Shown: piece after piece, positions 12,966 through 22,291 of the stretch | Position numbering within the stretch: position 1 is the stretch's first letter | Layout: each line of letters begins with the position of its first letter | Assembly (NCBI GenBank): GCA_963786375.1 | Contig: CAWAYP010000008.1 | Span: forward strand, 659-64,658 | Direction of reading: 5' to 3' | Length of the DNA stretch: 64,000 nucleotides | From: an uncultured Verrucomicrobiae bacterium | GTDB taxonomy: Bacteria; Verrucomicrobiota; Verrucomicrobiia; Limisphaerales; UBA11358 | Notes under the pieces: generated by a model | The model's input: only the letters and a program-made list of their open reading frames with translations | Told to the model about the DNA's origin: nothing | The model's database searches: none | Translations under genes and position numbers: made by a program

Positions 12966-13273
12966 GATCTGGCTGGCGGAACTTTTTGAAAAACTCGGCT
13001 TGAGACAGGGTGCCCACCTGCGTCGCCATGTGGTCGCGCAGCAGCATCAACGCCACAATGCTGCCAATGATGGCAATCCACGCCACCCACGTTGTCGGCG
13101 GCAATTTGAATCCACCCGCCGGCTTTTTGGGGCCACGATCGTTTTCTTTATTATTTTGATTCTCGTCGAACATTTTTACTTTGGCATGTCAAGCTAACAT
13201 GCCGTTCTGGCTTCCGCAATGCGGGAATTCGCTTTTCTCGCCAATGTCAAAATCAATCTGCTATAATCAAATC

Positions 13274-14509
13274 ATGCGCCTTGGCTTGTTGACGGTGCCG
13301 TCCAATCTGTTTCTGTCGCCGCTGGCGGGTTACACCAACCTGCCTTTCCGGCTCGTCGTGCGCGAAATCGGCGGCGTCGGCCTTTGCACCACCGATCTGG
13401 TCAACGCCCGCTCGCTCCTCGAAAAAAATCCGAGGGCATTCAAGCTCATCGAAACCCGGCCGGCCGATTCGCCGCTGGCCGTCCAGCTTTTCGGGTCCGT
13501 CCCGGAGGAAATGCGCGACGCCGCACTCCTGCTTGAAGCACAGGGTGTCGCCGCCATTGACATCAACATGGGCTGTCCCGTCCGCAAAGTCTGCAACGTC
13601 GGCGGTGGCTCGGCCATGATGACCGAACTGGCCAAAACCGCCGCGCTTGTCCGCGGCATGGTCAGCGCCGTGAAAATTCCAGTGACGGCCAAGATGCGGC
13701 TCGGCTGGGACGACGAAAATTTGACCGCGCCGGATTTGGCGCGTGCGCTCGAAGACGCCGGCATCGCGGCAATCTTTGTTCACGGGCGGACGCGCGAACA
13801 GGGTTTCAGCGGCACGGTGAACCTCGCCGGCATCCGCAAAGTCGTCGAAGCCGTGAAGCACATTCCCATCATCGGCAACGGCGACATCATCACGCCGCCG
13901 GCCGCAAAGAAAATGTTCGATGAAACCGGCTGCGCCGGCGTGAGCATCGGCCGTGGTGCTTTCTATAATCCGTGGATTTTCCAGCACACGCTGGAATACC
14001 TGAATGGCGCGAACAACCGTCAGATTTTGGAGTGCGGCAGTCCTCTGCCGCTTTTAAATGGGCGGTGCGCACACGAAAAGCGCCAGAGGACTGCCGCACT
14101 CCAAGACGCTACCGCGTTGAACGAAGCTTCCGGCACAGACAGGAATATCCCTTCTGACCCTTCCTTTGCCGAACGTGTGCGCGTGATGTGCCGGCATCTG
14201 GACTTGATGATTGAAGTTTTTGGCGAGGAACTCGGCTGCCGGATGTTTCGCAAGGTCGCGCCGTGGTATGCCAGGCGTTTCGGCCCGTGCCACGAATTCA
14301 ACAAACGCGCCGTGCAGATTTCCACTCGCGCGGAATTTCAAGATGTTCTGGAAAACTACATCCGCTGGCGCAGGCAATTTCTCGACGAGAACGGCGAATT
14401 GCAGCCGCGCTTCCGTCCGCCACCGATGGTTGCGTCCTTCATGCGCGCGCCGGCGGCAACAACGCGCGAACAAATTCCCGTGCCCAAAGGGCCGGTGGAA
14501 GTTTGGTAA
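13274..14509 (+). CDS. dusB: tRNA-dihydrouridine synthase B carrying an in-frame hairpin-repeat insert
   Basis: Intact ORF from MRLGLLTVPSNLFLSPLAGYTNLPFR, with INMGCPVRKV and IGRGAFYNPWIF. The ATG at 13274 is preferred over the track start at 13181. Confidence 0.85.
   Translation: MRLGLLTVPSNLFLSPLAGYTNLPFRLVVREIGGVGLCTTDLVNARSLLEKNPRAFKLIETRPADSPLAVQLFGSVPEEMRDAALLLEAQGVAAIDINMGCPVRKVCNVGGGSAMMTELAKTAALVRGMVSAVKIPVTAKMRLGWDDENLTAPDLARALEDAGIAAIFVHGRTREQGFSGTVNLAGIRKVVEAVKHIPIIGNGDIITPPAAKKMFDETGCAGVSIGRGAFYNPWIFQHTLEYLNGANNRQILECGSPLPLLNGRCAHEKRQRTAALQDATALNEASGTDRNIPSDPSFAERVRVMCRHLDLMIEVFGEELGCRMFRKVAPWYARRFGPCHEFNKRAVQISTRAEFQDVLENYIRWRRQFLDENGELQPRFRPPPMVASFMRAPAATTREQIPVPKGPVEVW
14025..14105. 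repeat. Family C long hairpin repeat translated in frame within dusB (..ILECGSPLPLLNGRCAHEKRQRTAALQD..)
   Basis: ggagtgcggcagtcctctgccgc ... gcgccagaggactgccgcactcc form roughly 20-nt complementary arms. The same element occurs intergenically at 53930-54008. Confidence 0.85.
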
Positions 14510-14724
14510 AAGTGTCACGCGCAGGCCACGAAGGCTTTTTCAGAAAACCTTTTCTGCCAGGCACAAAGTCGAAATCGTCTCCTTCGCGTGACTATTTCCC
14601 CATGCAAATTGACCGAAAACGGAGTTGAGCAAATCTTCCGCCGCCGTTCGGAGCTTGCTATTCAATTTTGCACCGTCAGACTTGGAAAGTTAGTCTAATT
14701 TAAATATCAACCAAAGGAATCATC

Positions 14725-15030
14725 ATGCGTATGTTAATGAATGTCAGAATTCCCCCTCAACCATTCAACGCGGCGGTCAAAAACGGTTCGGTGGGAGCAA
14801 AGTTGAACAAAATTCTGGAAACCATCAAACCGGAGGCGGTTTATTTCACCGAGCAAAACGGCCAGCGAGGGGCCGTACTCATTGTGGATTTGCCCGACAC
14901 TTCGAAAATCCCGGTATTGGCAGAGCCCTGGTTTCTGACTTTTCAGGCCGATGTTGAATTTCGCATCGCGATGACACCGGACGACTTGAAGCGCAGCGGG
15001 ATTGACGGGATGGGCCAGAAGTGGAGTTGA
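14725..15030 (+). CDS. Small conserved hypothetical protein (101 aa)
   Basis: Intact ORF MRMLMNVRIPPQPFNAAVKNG...; no family is recognised with confidence. Confidence 0.55.
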   Translation: MRMLMNVRIPPQPFNAAVKNGSVGAKLNKILETIKPEAVYFTEQNGQRGAVLIVDLPDTSKIPVLAEPWFLTFQADVEFRIAMTPDDLKRSGIDGMGQKWS

Positions 15031-15124
15031 ACCTTCAACATTATTTGCCGATGCAAAACTGGCGGAAGATGAAGTCGGGCAAATCTTCCGCCGCCGGGTT
15101 GCCCGGAAAGCAGGTTTCAACCCG

Positions 15125-18100
15125 CTACGGCGTGGACCCCAGTTGGATCCATTGCGTTTGCGTGCGATACTCGAGTCCGTCAGAAGTCTGAACGAGAGCA
15201 TAGAAAGGGAGCAGTCCGGCCCCTAAACCCGCTCCATTCACCTGGAAGACCGCCGTGGGTGAGTTGGTGGCCATGCCCAGCGCGCCGCCGTTGCTGAACA
15301 AGGTGATCAAGCTCACGGTGTTGGTGTTGGCATCAACCTGGATGTGGTAGGTGCCTTGCACTGGAGCTTGATTGGTCAGGTCGAGCAGCGTCAACGTTGC
15401 GCTCAAGGAACTATTTTGGATCGTGACGGGCACTGTCACCTGGGTTTCGGTCCGCACGTTGCTGCCTTCGTAGGCGACCGCCGTCAAGGTGTGATAACCG
15501 TCAGGCAGGGTTGTGGTGTCCAAGGGGAAAGTCAGGGACAAACTGGACGCGCCGGCTGTGACGTAAAGATGGTTTCGAGGCTCAAGATCGGACAGGTTCG
15601 CGGTGAGGGTGCTGCCCCCCGACGTGAACAAGGGAACTCTGAAGGACGACACAGTGGGGATTGCTTGTATTGCAGCAGCCTGGTAGCCGGCACTCCGGGC
15701 ATACAGATTAAAGGAGGTGAAGAAGAACGTGCCGTATTGGCTCACAATATAATCCTCGGCCTCAACACCGTCACTGCCCTGCAAGGCGGAATTCGCGTTT
15801 ATCGAGGTGAACAGTTGCGCGGCGAGCGCGACGGAATTGCCAGAAGACTGATTGGTGACGGCCACGACCACAGACTGGCCGTTGGTTTTGATAAAAGTGA
15901 ACTCCATCCAAGAATTGGCGGGAATCGAATTGCTAAGCTCCAAGTATTCCTGGAAACCGAGCGCTCCCGAGGCCAGCAAGGTGGGTTGGCTGGCGCGCAG
16001 AAAAGTTGTGAGACTTTCTCCACTTCCAATCGCACTGGCGGCAGTGGTTTGAATTGCACCAAGGTTAAAATTGGCAAGGTTAAAGTTGGTTGCCAGCACG
16101 GTAGATTGGCCTTGGTTCGTGGAGACTTCAACCACGTAAGGCTGCACGGCACTGTCCACGCGGACCAAGGTGAGGTTGGTCGTCACATCAAGCACTGTAA
16201 AGCCGGGCGGCGTCGGCGGCACATGCCAAACCCGATAAAATTCACCGCCGACATTCGTCGCGTTGCCATCAACAAAGTCCATCGCTCCGCCAAGTTGATT
16301 GGTAAAGATGGACATCCAATTAACAAGGTCCGGGGAGGTTTGGATGGCCCACGGCAAACCAGCCACACTGTCCACATGCAACTGGAATGTGCCCGAACCC
16401 ACAAACTGTGGCGCGGACAATTCGGTAGGCTGATCCGCGTCCGGCCAGGTCATGCGATAAAAGCGCGCGGGATAGTTCGTGGAGTCGAAATCGGTAAAAT
16501 TCAGCAGCCCCGGCACCGAGTTCGTGTAGATGGGCAGCCAATCCATTAAATTGGTTGAGGCCAAAATTACATAAGGCAATGCGCTGGGAATCCCCGCCGC
16601 CATCGTGAAGGCCCCGCTTGTGCCAGGACGACCGGGCAGCATCTGCGGCGGGGTTGAATCAGGCAGATAATTGACGCTGTAGGAGAGGCCCGGCGCATTT
16701 TGGGGAGTGTTATCCGCGACATAGAACGGGGCCAACGTTGAATAGCCGGCGATGGATTGCAGTTCAATACGGTCGCCATGACTCAAGGCCTTGACCTGTG
16801 TGGCGTTGGTGTCGGTGTTGATGAGGGCCGCCAATCCGGTTGTGATTGTGCTTAAGGTTGAGTTGGTGGGGACTGTGTAAGTGATGGGATAGCCATTCAG
16901 GATAACGGTCAATAGATTGCCGGGACACGGAACCGGGTTGGTCAATGTGCAGTAATACGTCCCATCCACAAACAAATCAACTTGCTGCAAAGGATGGTTC
17001 CCGTTGTAGGCGGAAAATTGCACGGATAGATTGGTAATGCTGCTCAGCTCGGCGTTGACGAGGTTGGTATCCCATTCTCCGTCACCCACCCGGGCAAAGG
17101 GCGCGGCCAGGGGTTCACCCACAATCAACCCAAGATACGGCGCATTGATGCTCTGATAATAGCTCTCGGCCAGACTGAAGCCGCGGGCCTGATAAAAATA
17201 ATCCTGGGGGTTGGGAAACTTCTGCGTGTCGTCTTCAGGCTCCACCACCGTGCCATAACTGCCGGCCGCGCCGGCATTGATGAAGGCCAGCAAGTTCGTC
17301 TGGCTGTTGGCGCCGAAAATGATGCCGCCGTAGGATGTCATACTGTCCGCAATGGCACCCGGAACAAAAGTGCTTTGCGGGACGCTGAATTGCGCCAGAC
17401 CCGTTTCATAGCCCAAGCAGCCGTTTGGCCACAAGACGGAATCGGTGTTGGTGCGCAGAATTGAGGAAACCCCCAGAATATTCACGTTGAAAATGGCATT
17501 GTCGAAAAACGGATAACGGATGTTCCGGAGTGTGTCGGAGCTTTTGGCCAAGACCACCGGTTGTTGGGGACGGGTCCCATCGCTTTCAACTCCCTGATCC
17601 ACCAATGCTTCCGCCTGGGCCAGTGAATCAGCCGTGATCATGGTGGTGAGAAAGGAATAGCCGGGCGCGCCGACGGGTGTCGCCTGGCGGAATACCGCTT
17701 CGCTGGCGGCATAACTGTTGGTGACACCCAATGGATCGCTCCCGTCACCCTGTCTGGAGCCATAGAACAAAGCCGAGGTCGTGCCGTTGACCACGGAGCC
17801 AAAGCTGGTCTGGAACGGGATATCCATCGAGAGAACAACGTAATCAATCTGGTTAGTCAACTGGCGGGCCGCCAGCATGTTCAACAAGGGCATTACCAGA
17901 TTGGTTTGAAGATCATTGCTGGCCCACAATGTGTTGCCGCCCGCCCAGTTGATGTATAACACATTTTGAGGCGGCACTTGGCGCTGTTCACAGAAGTAAT
18001 TGCCCAGTTCACATGAATTTGAACTGGCCTGGTTGATGACGACAACCGTGTTCAAGCCGCTGCCGCCAGCCTGTAGCCTGAATGCCAGGACACAATTCAA

Positions 18101-18142
18101 CAGAACCAGCGCCAGCATTCTTCGATGACGACTGCCGCTCAT
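15125..18142 (-). CDS. Large secreted protein of unknown function (about 1005 aa), beta-rich repetitive C-terminal half
   Basis: Long intact ORF. The ATG at 18142 gives a signal-like N-terminus MSGSRHRRMLALVLLNCVLAFRLQA and avoids overlap with the upstream gene. The ORF-track start at 18451 is unlikely. Confidence 0.75.
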   Translation of the reverse strand: MSGSRHRRMLALVLLNCVLAFRLQAGGSGLNTVVVINQASSNSCELGNYFCEQRQVPPQNVLYINWAGGNTLWASNDLQTNLVMPLLNMLAARQLTNQIDYVVLSMDIPFQTSFGSVVNGTTSALFYGSRQGDGSDPLGVTNSYAASEAVFRQATPVGAPGYSFLTTMITADSLAQAEALVDQGVESDGTRPQQPVVLAKSSDTLRNIRYPFFDNAIFNVNILGVSSILRTNTDSVLWPNGCLGYETGLAQFSVPQSTFVPGAIADSMTSYGGIIFGANSQTNLLAFINAGAAGSYGTVVEPEDDTQKFPNPQDYFYQARGFSLAESYYQSINAPYLGLIVGEPLAAPFARVGDGEWDTNLVNAELSSITNLSVQFSAYNGNHPLQQVDLFVDGTYYCTLTNPVPCPGNLLTVILNGYPITYTVPTNSTLSTITTGLAALINTDTNATQVKALSHGDRIELQSIAGYSTLAPFYVADNTPQNAPGLSYSVNYLPDSTPPQMLPGRPGTSGAFTMAAGIPSALPYVILASTNLMDWLPIYTNSVPGLLNFTDFDSTNYPARFYRMTWPDADQPTELSAPQFVGSGTFQLHVDSVAGLPWAIQTSPDLVNWMSIFTNQLGGAMDFVDGNATNVGGEFYRVWHVPPTPPGFTVLDVTTNLTLVRVDSAVQPYVVEVSTNQGQSTVLATNFNLANFNLGAIQTTAASAIGSGESLTTFLRASQPTLLASGALGFQEYLELSNSIPANSWMEFTFIKTNGQSVVVAVTNQSSGNSVALAAQLFTSINANSALQGSDGVEAEDYIVSQYGTFFFTSFNLYARSAGYQAAAIQAIPTVSSFRVPLFTSGGSTLTANLSDLEPRNHLYVTAGASSLSLTFPLDTTTLPDGYHTLTAVAYEGSNVRTETQVTVPVTIQNSSLSATLTLLDLTNQAPVQGTYHIQVDANTNTVSLITLFSNGGALGMATNSPTAVFQVNGAGLGAGLLPFYALVQTSDGLEYRTQTQWIQLGSTP

Positions 18143-18221
18143 AGGCTTAACCTGACATAACCAGGGGGACGTGCCTGCTGCCGGAGGGTTGTGACAACAT
18201 AAACAATCTTTTACTGATGTC

Positions 18222-18255
18222 TGCAAAGAAAACAAGCCGGTCATTGACCGGCTTG
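18222..18255 (-). terminator. Rho-independent terminator after the PEP-CTERM gene 18289..19179
   Basis: Hairpin caagccggtca-t-tgaccggcttg (18233-18255), followed on the minus strand by a T-rich run. Confidence 0.55.
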
Positions 18256-18288
18256 CTTCTGCTATTTTTACCAGAGATATTCCGGCCG

Positions 18289-19179
18289 TCAGGATGTCTG
18301 ACGGCTCCGCGCTAATCCCAAGGCACCCAAGCCCAGCGCGATTAAAGCCATGGTGGTCGGTTCCGGAACAGTCATAACTTTCAAGCCTTTGTCTTTGCTT
18401 ATGTCCTCCTCGTCGCCTGGGTTTAGCGTTGCGTCCCATTGGAACGCCCACGACACATCGCCAGTAACCGCCGAGGTATTGTCGCTGAGGTTGAAATTTA
18501 GACTAGCCGGGTTATTGAGTTCGTTCAGCGTTGTGGGGACCAGCGCAGCTTCGGCGTAGTTTGCGTTCGGTGATTCAATGACTTCAGCAATTCCCGTCCC
18601 GCCCGGCCCGCCAGTCGTTTGGAAGGCTGAGGTATACGCACCAGGATTGCCGGAAATGCTCACAGTATTGTTGTTGTTCTGCAGCAAATTGAAATTGGAA
18701 TATTGGTAGAAGTTCAAATCCACAATTTGATCGGAATAGTTATCGATCCATATGTACTCCATCATATCGGCAGATCCAGAGTTGGCGCCGTTACCGTGCA
18801 AAACGTAATCAACATTCACTTGCACTCCATTGGCTGCTCCATAGGTCACGGTAAGGTTATTGGGCCCGTTGTAGGAAGTGCTCAACTCGCCAAGTTGATC
18901 AATGGACAGCGGAGCGCTACCGTTGATTGAATACCAAAACCATTGTTGGTCCAACTGGCTCTGAGAAACGCCCCCCACAGTCCAGCTGTTCATCCCGATG
19001 CTGCCAGTGCCGCCAGAGCCGGCGCCTAGATTCAGTGTCGCCGCAGACCCTCCGTCACTAAGCGGGAAATTTTGAGCCATGCCCTTGCCTGGCAAAAGCA
19101 AAACTCCTGTCCCGACCAATGCGGCACACAGGAACGCGACGGCTCTACTTTTTAAATAAATTTCACGATGTGCTTTCAT
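18289..19179 (-). CDS. PEP-CTERM sorting-domain secreted protein
   Basis: Signal peptide plus C-terminal VPEPTTMALIALGLGALGLARSRQTS (the PEP motif, a TM helix and a basic tail). Confidence 0.8.
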   Translation of the reverse strand: MKAHREIYLKSRAVAFLCAALVGTGVLLLPGKGMAQNFPLSDGGSAATLNLGAGSGGTGSIGMNSWTVGGVSQSQLDQQWFWYSINGSAPLSIDQLGELSTSYNGPNNLTVTYGAANGVQVNVDYVLHGNGANSGSADMMEYIWIDNYSDQIVDLNFYQYSNFNLLQNNNNTVSISGNPGAYTSAFQTTGGPGGTGIAEVIESPNANYAEAALVPTTLNELNNPASLNFNLSDNTSAVTGDVSWAFQWDATLNPGDEEDISKDKGLKVMTVPEPTTMALIALGLGALGLARSRQTS

Positions 19180-19256
19180 AAAGCTCTCTGATTATTATTA
19201 ATACAAATTTAACTTAATTTGGTTTTACCGTAATCTGGAATGGAAGTCAAGCTCTT

Positions 19257-20117
19257 TTAGTTTCTTCGTCGCCTGCACACCAGGGCCACGGCCAACATTC
19301 CCGCCGAAACCAACGCCACGGACGAAGGTTCAGGCACCGTGATTGTTTGTGTTTGACTGATTGTAAATGAGCTGCCCCCCTGCAGGCCTGTCACATCCCA
19401 TTCATAGGCAAAAACCGCGTTCCCCGAAGCAGTGAGGGTTATGTCGTTAAGCGGATTGGGAGACCCATTCAATGGCCCAAATGGAGCCCCACCGTTGTCC
19501 GCCTGCATTTCGGTCGTAGCTCCTCCAATTGGTTGCAATAAATCTTGAAGCGACGCCCCTCCCCCGGTCTGATAGGCTTGGTATTGGGAAGGGTTGCTGA
19601 GAATGGACATTTGTACATTCTGGCTTCCCGAAACGTTTCCCAAGACAAAATCCGAGTATTGATAGAAAATTATGTTTGCGCTGCTGCTGGGATCATTGTT
19701 GTTGTTGATGTATATCGTAGGGGTCAAAGAATATGTATTGCCAGAAATACCTAGAACATAGTTGAAATTAGCCGTGAATCCTGAACCCAAATTATACCAG
19801 ACATTTAACTGATTATAGGATGACCCTACTCTTGACACGGCTTCTGAAGTAAACATGGAGCTATTTAACTCAGTTACTCCAGAACCCAAATTAAAATAAA
19901 ACGTTTCTTGGCTCAATTGATCCACGCCACTCACCGTCCAATAGTCCAACCCGGCATTGGGGTCGAACCCCAAATTGGAAATGTGGCCGCTGAGGCTTTT
20001 GGTAATGTTTGTAACCTGCGCCTCGCTTTGAACGACAAAGCCGGCGAGTAAAAACGCAAATAGAGCACCTTGAAACAACCGCGCCCTGCTTACGAATGAT
20101 TTCTTCAAAATCTTCAT
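19257..20117 (-). CDS. PEP-CTERM sorting-domain secreted protein (paralog-like neighbour)
   Basis: C-terminal VPEPSSVALVSAGMLAVALVCRRRRN. The likely start MKILKKSF is at 20117. Confidence 0.8.
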   Translation of the reverse strand: MKILKKSFVSRARLFQGALFAFLLAGFVVQSEAQVTNITKSLSGHISNLGFDPNAGLDYWTVSGVDQLSQETFYFNLGSGVTELNSSMFTSEAVSRVGSSYNQLNVWYNLGSGFTANFNYVLGISGNTYSLTPTIYINNNNDPSSSANIIFYQYSDFVLGNVSGSQNVQMSILSNPSQYQAYQTGGGASLQDLLQPIGGATTEMQADNGGAPFGPLNGSPNPLNDITLTASGNAVFAYEWDVTGLQGGSSFTISQTQTITVPEPSSVALVSAGMLAVALVCRRRRN

Positions 20118-20310
20118 AGCTTCGCTTGGTATTCTGGTAACCTGCATCCGTTATAGGCTATCCAAGTCAAAAGTCAAGACATTTATTGTCACGAAATGAT
20201 GCAAAAAAGGGATGGTGACTGGCCTTCCTAAGAGGTTCAAAGTCAACGGCTGGCCACAATTCCAAGGCCAGCCGGCCTTTGCATGGCCAATCACGCGAGG
20301 CCAGTGGCCG

Positions 20311-21759
20311 TTACTTTCCAATGCAAAACTGGCTGAAAATCGAGTCGAGCAAGTCCTCCGTCGCCGTTTTGCCGACGATTTCGCCGACGGCGTTGACGGC
20401 AATGCGCAAATCCAGTGCGGCCAGTTCCAAGGTCACGTTATCGCGCAGCGCGTCAATCGTCCGTTGTGTCGCCGCCCGCGCGCGGTTCAACGCGTCCTGA
20501 TGCCGGGAATTGATCATCGCCTGCAACATCCCGGCCTTGATTTCGCCGGACCAAATCAGTTCCTTGATGGCGTCCTTCAATGCTTCCATCCCCCGCCCGT
20601 TCAGGCAGCAAATGTCCGCGGTTACAGGTGGGGAAAAATTCCCCTCTCCCGTCCTGGCGGACACCCTCTCCCCGCTTTGCGGGGAGAGGGACGGGGTGAG
20701 GGGCTTGTTAAAAAACTCGTTGAGATTCAACCTTTGCGGCAAATCCATTTTGTTCCGGACCAGAATCCGTTTCTTGCCGGCAAACTCGTTGAGAAAATTT
20801 TCGTCCGCTTCCGTCAGCGGCTCGCTCGCGTCCAGCACGTGCAAAATGAACTCGGCCTTGGAAAGCGTTTCATGGCTGCGACGAATGCCTTCCTGCTCGA
20901 TCTCGTCGCGCGCCTCGCGCAAGCCCGCAGTGTCAATGAACACCACCGGCAGCCCGCGGATGTTCGCCGTCTCCTCAATCGTGTCGCGTGTCGTGCCGGG
21001 AATCGGCGACACGATGGCGCGGTCGCGCCCGAGCAGTTGATTGAGCAAACTCGACTTGCCCACATTGGGCCGGCCCACAATCGCCGCGCGGATGCCGCGG
21101 CGCAAAATCTGTCCCTCGTTCGCCGTCCGCAAAAGTTCGTTCATGAACATCACGCCGGCTTCCAGACGTTTCAGCAATTGGGCCTTGGTGTCGGGCGCGA
21201 TGTCTTCGTCGGGAAAATCAATATGCGCCTCGACGTGCGCCAGCGTCCTCATCATCTCATCACGCAATTCATTGACGCGTTGCGATAATTTGCCGGCGAG
21301 TTGCTCCTGGGCGGCGGCGAGCGCCAGTTCCGTGCGCGAATGAATCAAATCCACGACCGCCTCGGCCTGCGCCAGGTCAATGCGCCCGTTGAGAAATGCG
21401 CGCCGCGTGAATTCGCCGGGTTCGGCCAGCCGCGCGCCATTTTCCAAAAACGTGTCCAGCACCAGCTTCGCCGGCAAAAGGCCGCCGTGGCAGGTGATTT
21501 CGACGGTGTCCTCGCGCGTATAAGTGCGGGGCGAACGCAGGACGGCCAGCAACACCTCATCCACGTCCCGGCCCTGTCGGACAACCTTGCCGTACTGAAT
21601 CGTGTGCGTCGCCGCCGCAGAGGGTTTGAGTGAACATTTCCCAACCGGCAGAAAACCTTTGTCCGCAATGGTGAGGGCTTGCGGACCGGAAATCCGGACG
21701 ACGGCCAATCCGCCTTCGCCGAGCGGCGTGGCAATGGCGGCAATCGTGTCGTCAAACAT
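20311..21759 (-). CDS. mnmE: tRNA uridine-5-carboxymethylaminomethyl modification GTPase MnmE
   Basis: Motifs present: MFDDTIAAIATP..GGLAVVRISG, GRPNVGKSSLLN, DTAGLR, NKMD, SARTGEG and C-terminal CIGK. Confidence 0.9.
   Translation of the reverse strand: MFDDTIAAIATPLGEGGLAVVRISGPQALTIADKGFLPVGKCSLKPSAAATHTIQYGKVVRQGRDVDEVLLAVLRSPRTYTREDTVEITCHGGLLPAKLVLDTFLENGARLAEPGEFTRRAFLNGRIDLAQAEAVVDLIHSRTELALAAAQEQLAGKLSQRVNELRDEMMRTLAHVEAHIDFPDEDIAPDTKAQLLKRLEAGVMFMNELLRTANEGQILRRGIRAAIVGRPNVGKSSLLNQLLGRDRAIVSPIPGTTRDTIEETANIRGLPVVFIDTAGLREARDEIEQEGIRRSHETLSKAEFILHVLDASEPLTEADENFLNEFAGKKRILVRNKMDLPQRLNLNEFFNKPLTPSLSPQSGERVSARTGEGNFSPPVTADICCLNGRGMEALKDAIKELIWSGEIKAGMLQAMINSRHQDALNRARAATQRTIDALRDNVTLELAALDLRIAVNAVGEIVGKTATEDLLDSIFSQFCIGK
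20662..20704. repeat. Family D hairpin repeat (CACCCTCTCCCCG-loop-CGGGGAGAGGGACGGGGTGAGGGG) inside mnmE
   Basis: Matches the reverse complement of 32312-32353 except in the loop. It is translated as PLTPSLSPQSGER between the G4 and G5 motifs. Confidence 0.8.
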
Positions 21760-21836
21760 AAGTTGAGTGGCGGGCGTCCAAGAACGAAGGATGAGAGCCG
21801 TTTTTTTGTCCTCGACTCCCGGCCCCCGGCCCTCGA

Positions 21837-22250
21837 CTAATTCAAATGCCGGCCATTGCCGGCCGCATTCCCGGCCTCGCGGCCCTGTAAAAACAGCCGG
21901 GCTTTTTGGTAACTTTTCTTGTGCAAATAATGCAGCAGTGTGGGGTCGGCGTCGCGCGGCAATTGTTTGGCCAGCTCGTCAATCCGCGCAAAAAGCTTGA
22001 GCAAATCCAGTTTGGGATTGGCCGACGGCATGGCTTGCACGGCGGCATCCAATTCCACCAGCGTGTTCAGCAAATTCTTTTCCGACAACGTGTCCACAGC
22101 GCAGAGTAATACCGATTTGCCGGCATCCTGACAATATAATCCGCATTGACGTGTGTCCACGGTCCTTGAATGCGCGCCGCGAAGGCGGAAGGACTGGCAC
22201 ATTCCAAAACCTGTCGGCAGATCGAATGTTTCCCAAAAACACGCGCTCAT
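21837..22250 (-). CDS. Hypothetical small helical protein (start uncertain; a GTG at 22097 is plausible)
   Basis: ORF only. The C-terminal part LLNTLVELDAAVQAM...DPTLLHYLHKKSYQKARLFLQGR looks like real protein sequence. Confidence 0.4.
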   Translation of the reverse strand: MSACFWETFDLPTGFGMCQSFRLRGAHSRTVDTRQCGLYCQDAGKSVLLCAVDTLSEKNLLNTLVELDAAVQAMPSANPKLDLLKLFARIDELAKQLPRDADPTLLHYLHKKSYQKARLFLQGREAGNAAGNGRHLN

Positions 22251-22291
22251 CAGTGATTGCTTTTGGGCGTCGGCAAGGTAGTTTTAACAAC

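Noticed and set aside
11125-13173. Programmed ribosomal frameshifting in ftsH, because two shift sites are shared by both copies.
   Set aside because: No recoding is known to me for FtsH. The sites are short homopolymer or GC runs, like the many unshared shifts nearby. The required change is removal of one base, which fits run-length error or an inherited lesion better. It is kept as a finding only for verification.
20641-20661. The segment cccctctcccgtcctggcggac next to the family D element in mnmE looked like a further repeat arm.
   Set aside because: On the coding strand it encodes VSARTGEG. This matches the conserved MnmE G5 motif (SARTGEG in E. coli, from memory), so it is native sequence that only superficially resembles the repeat.
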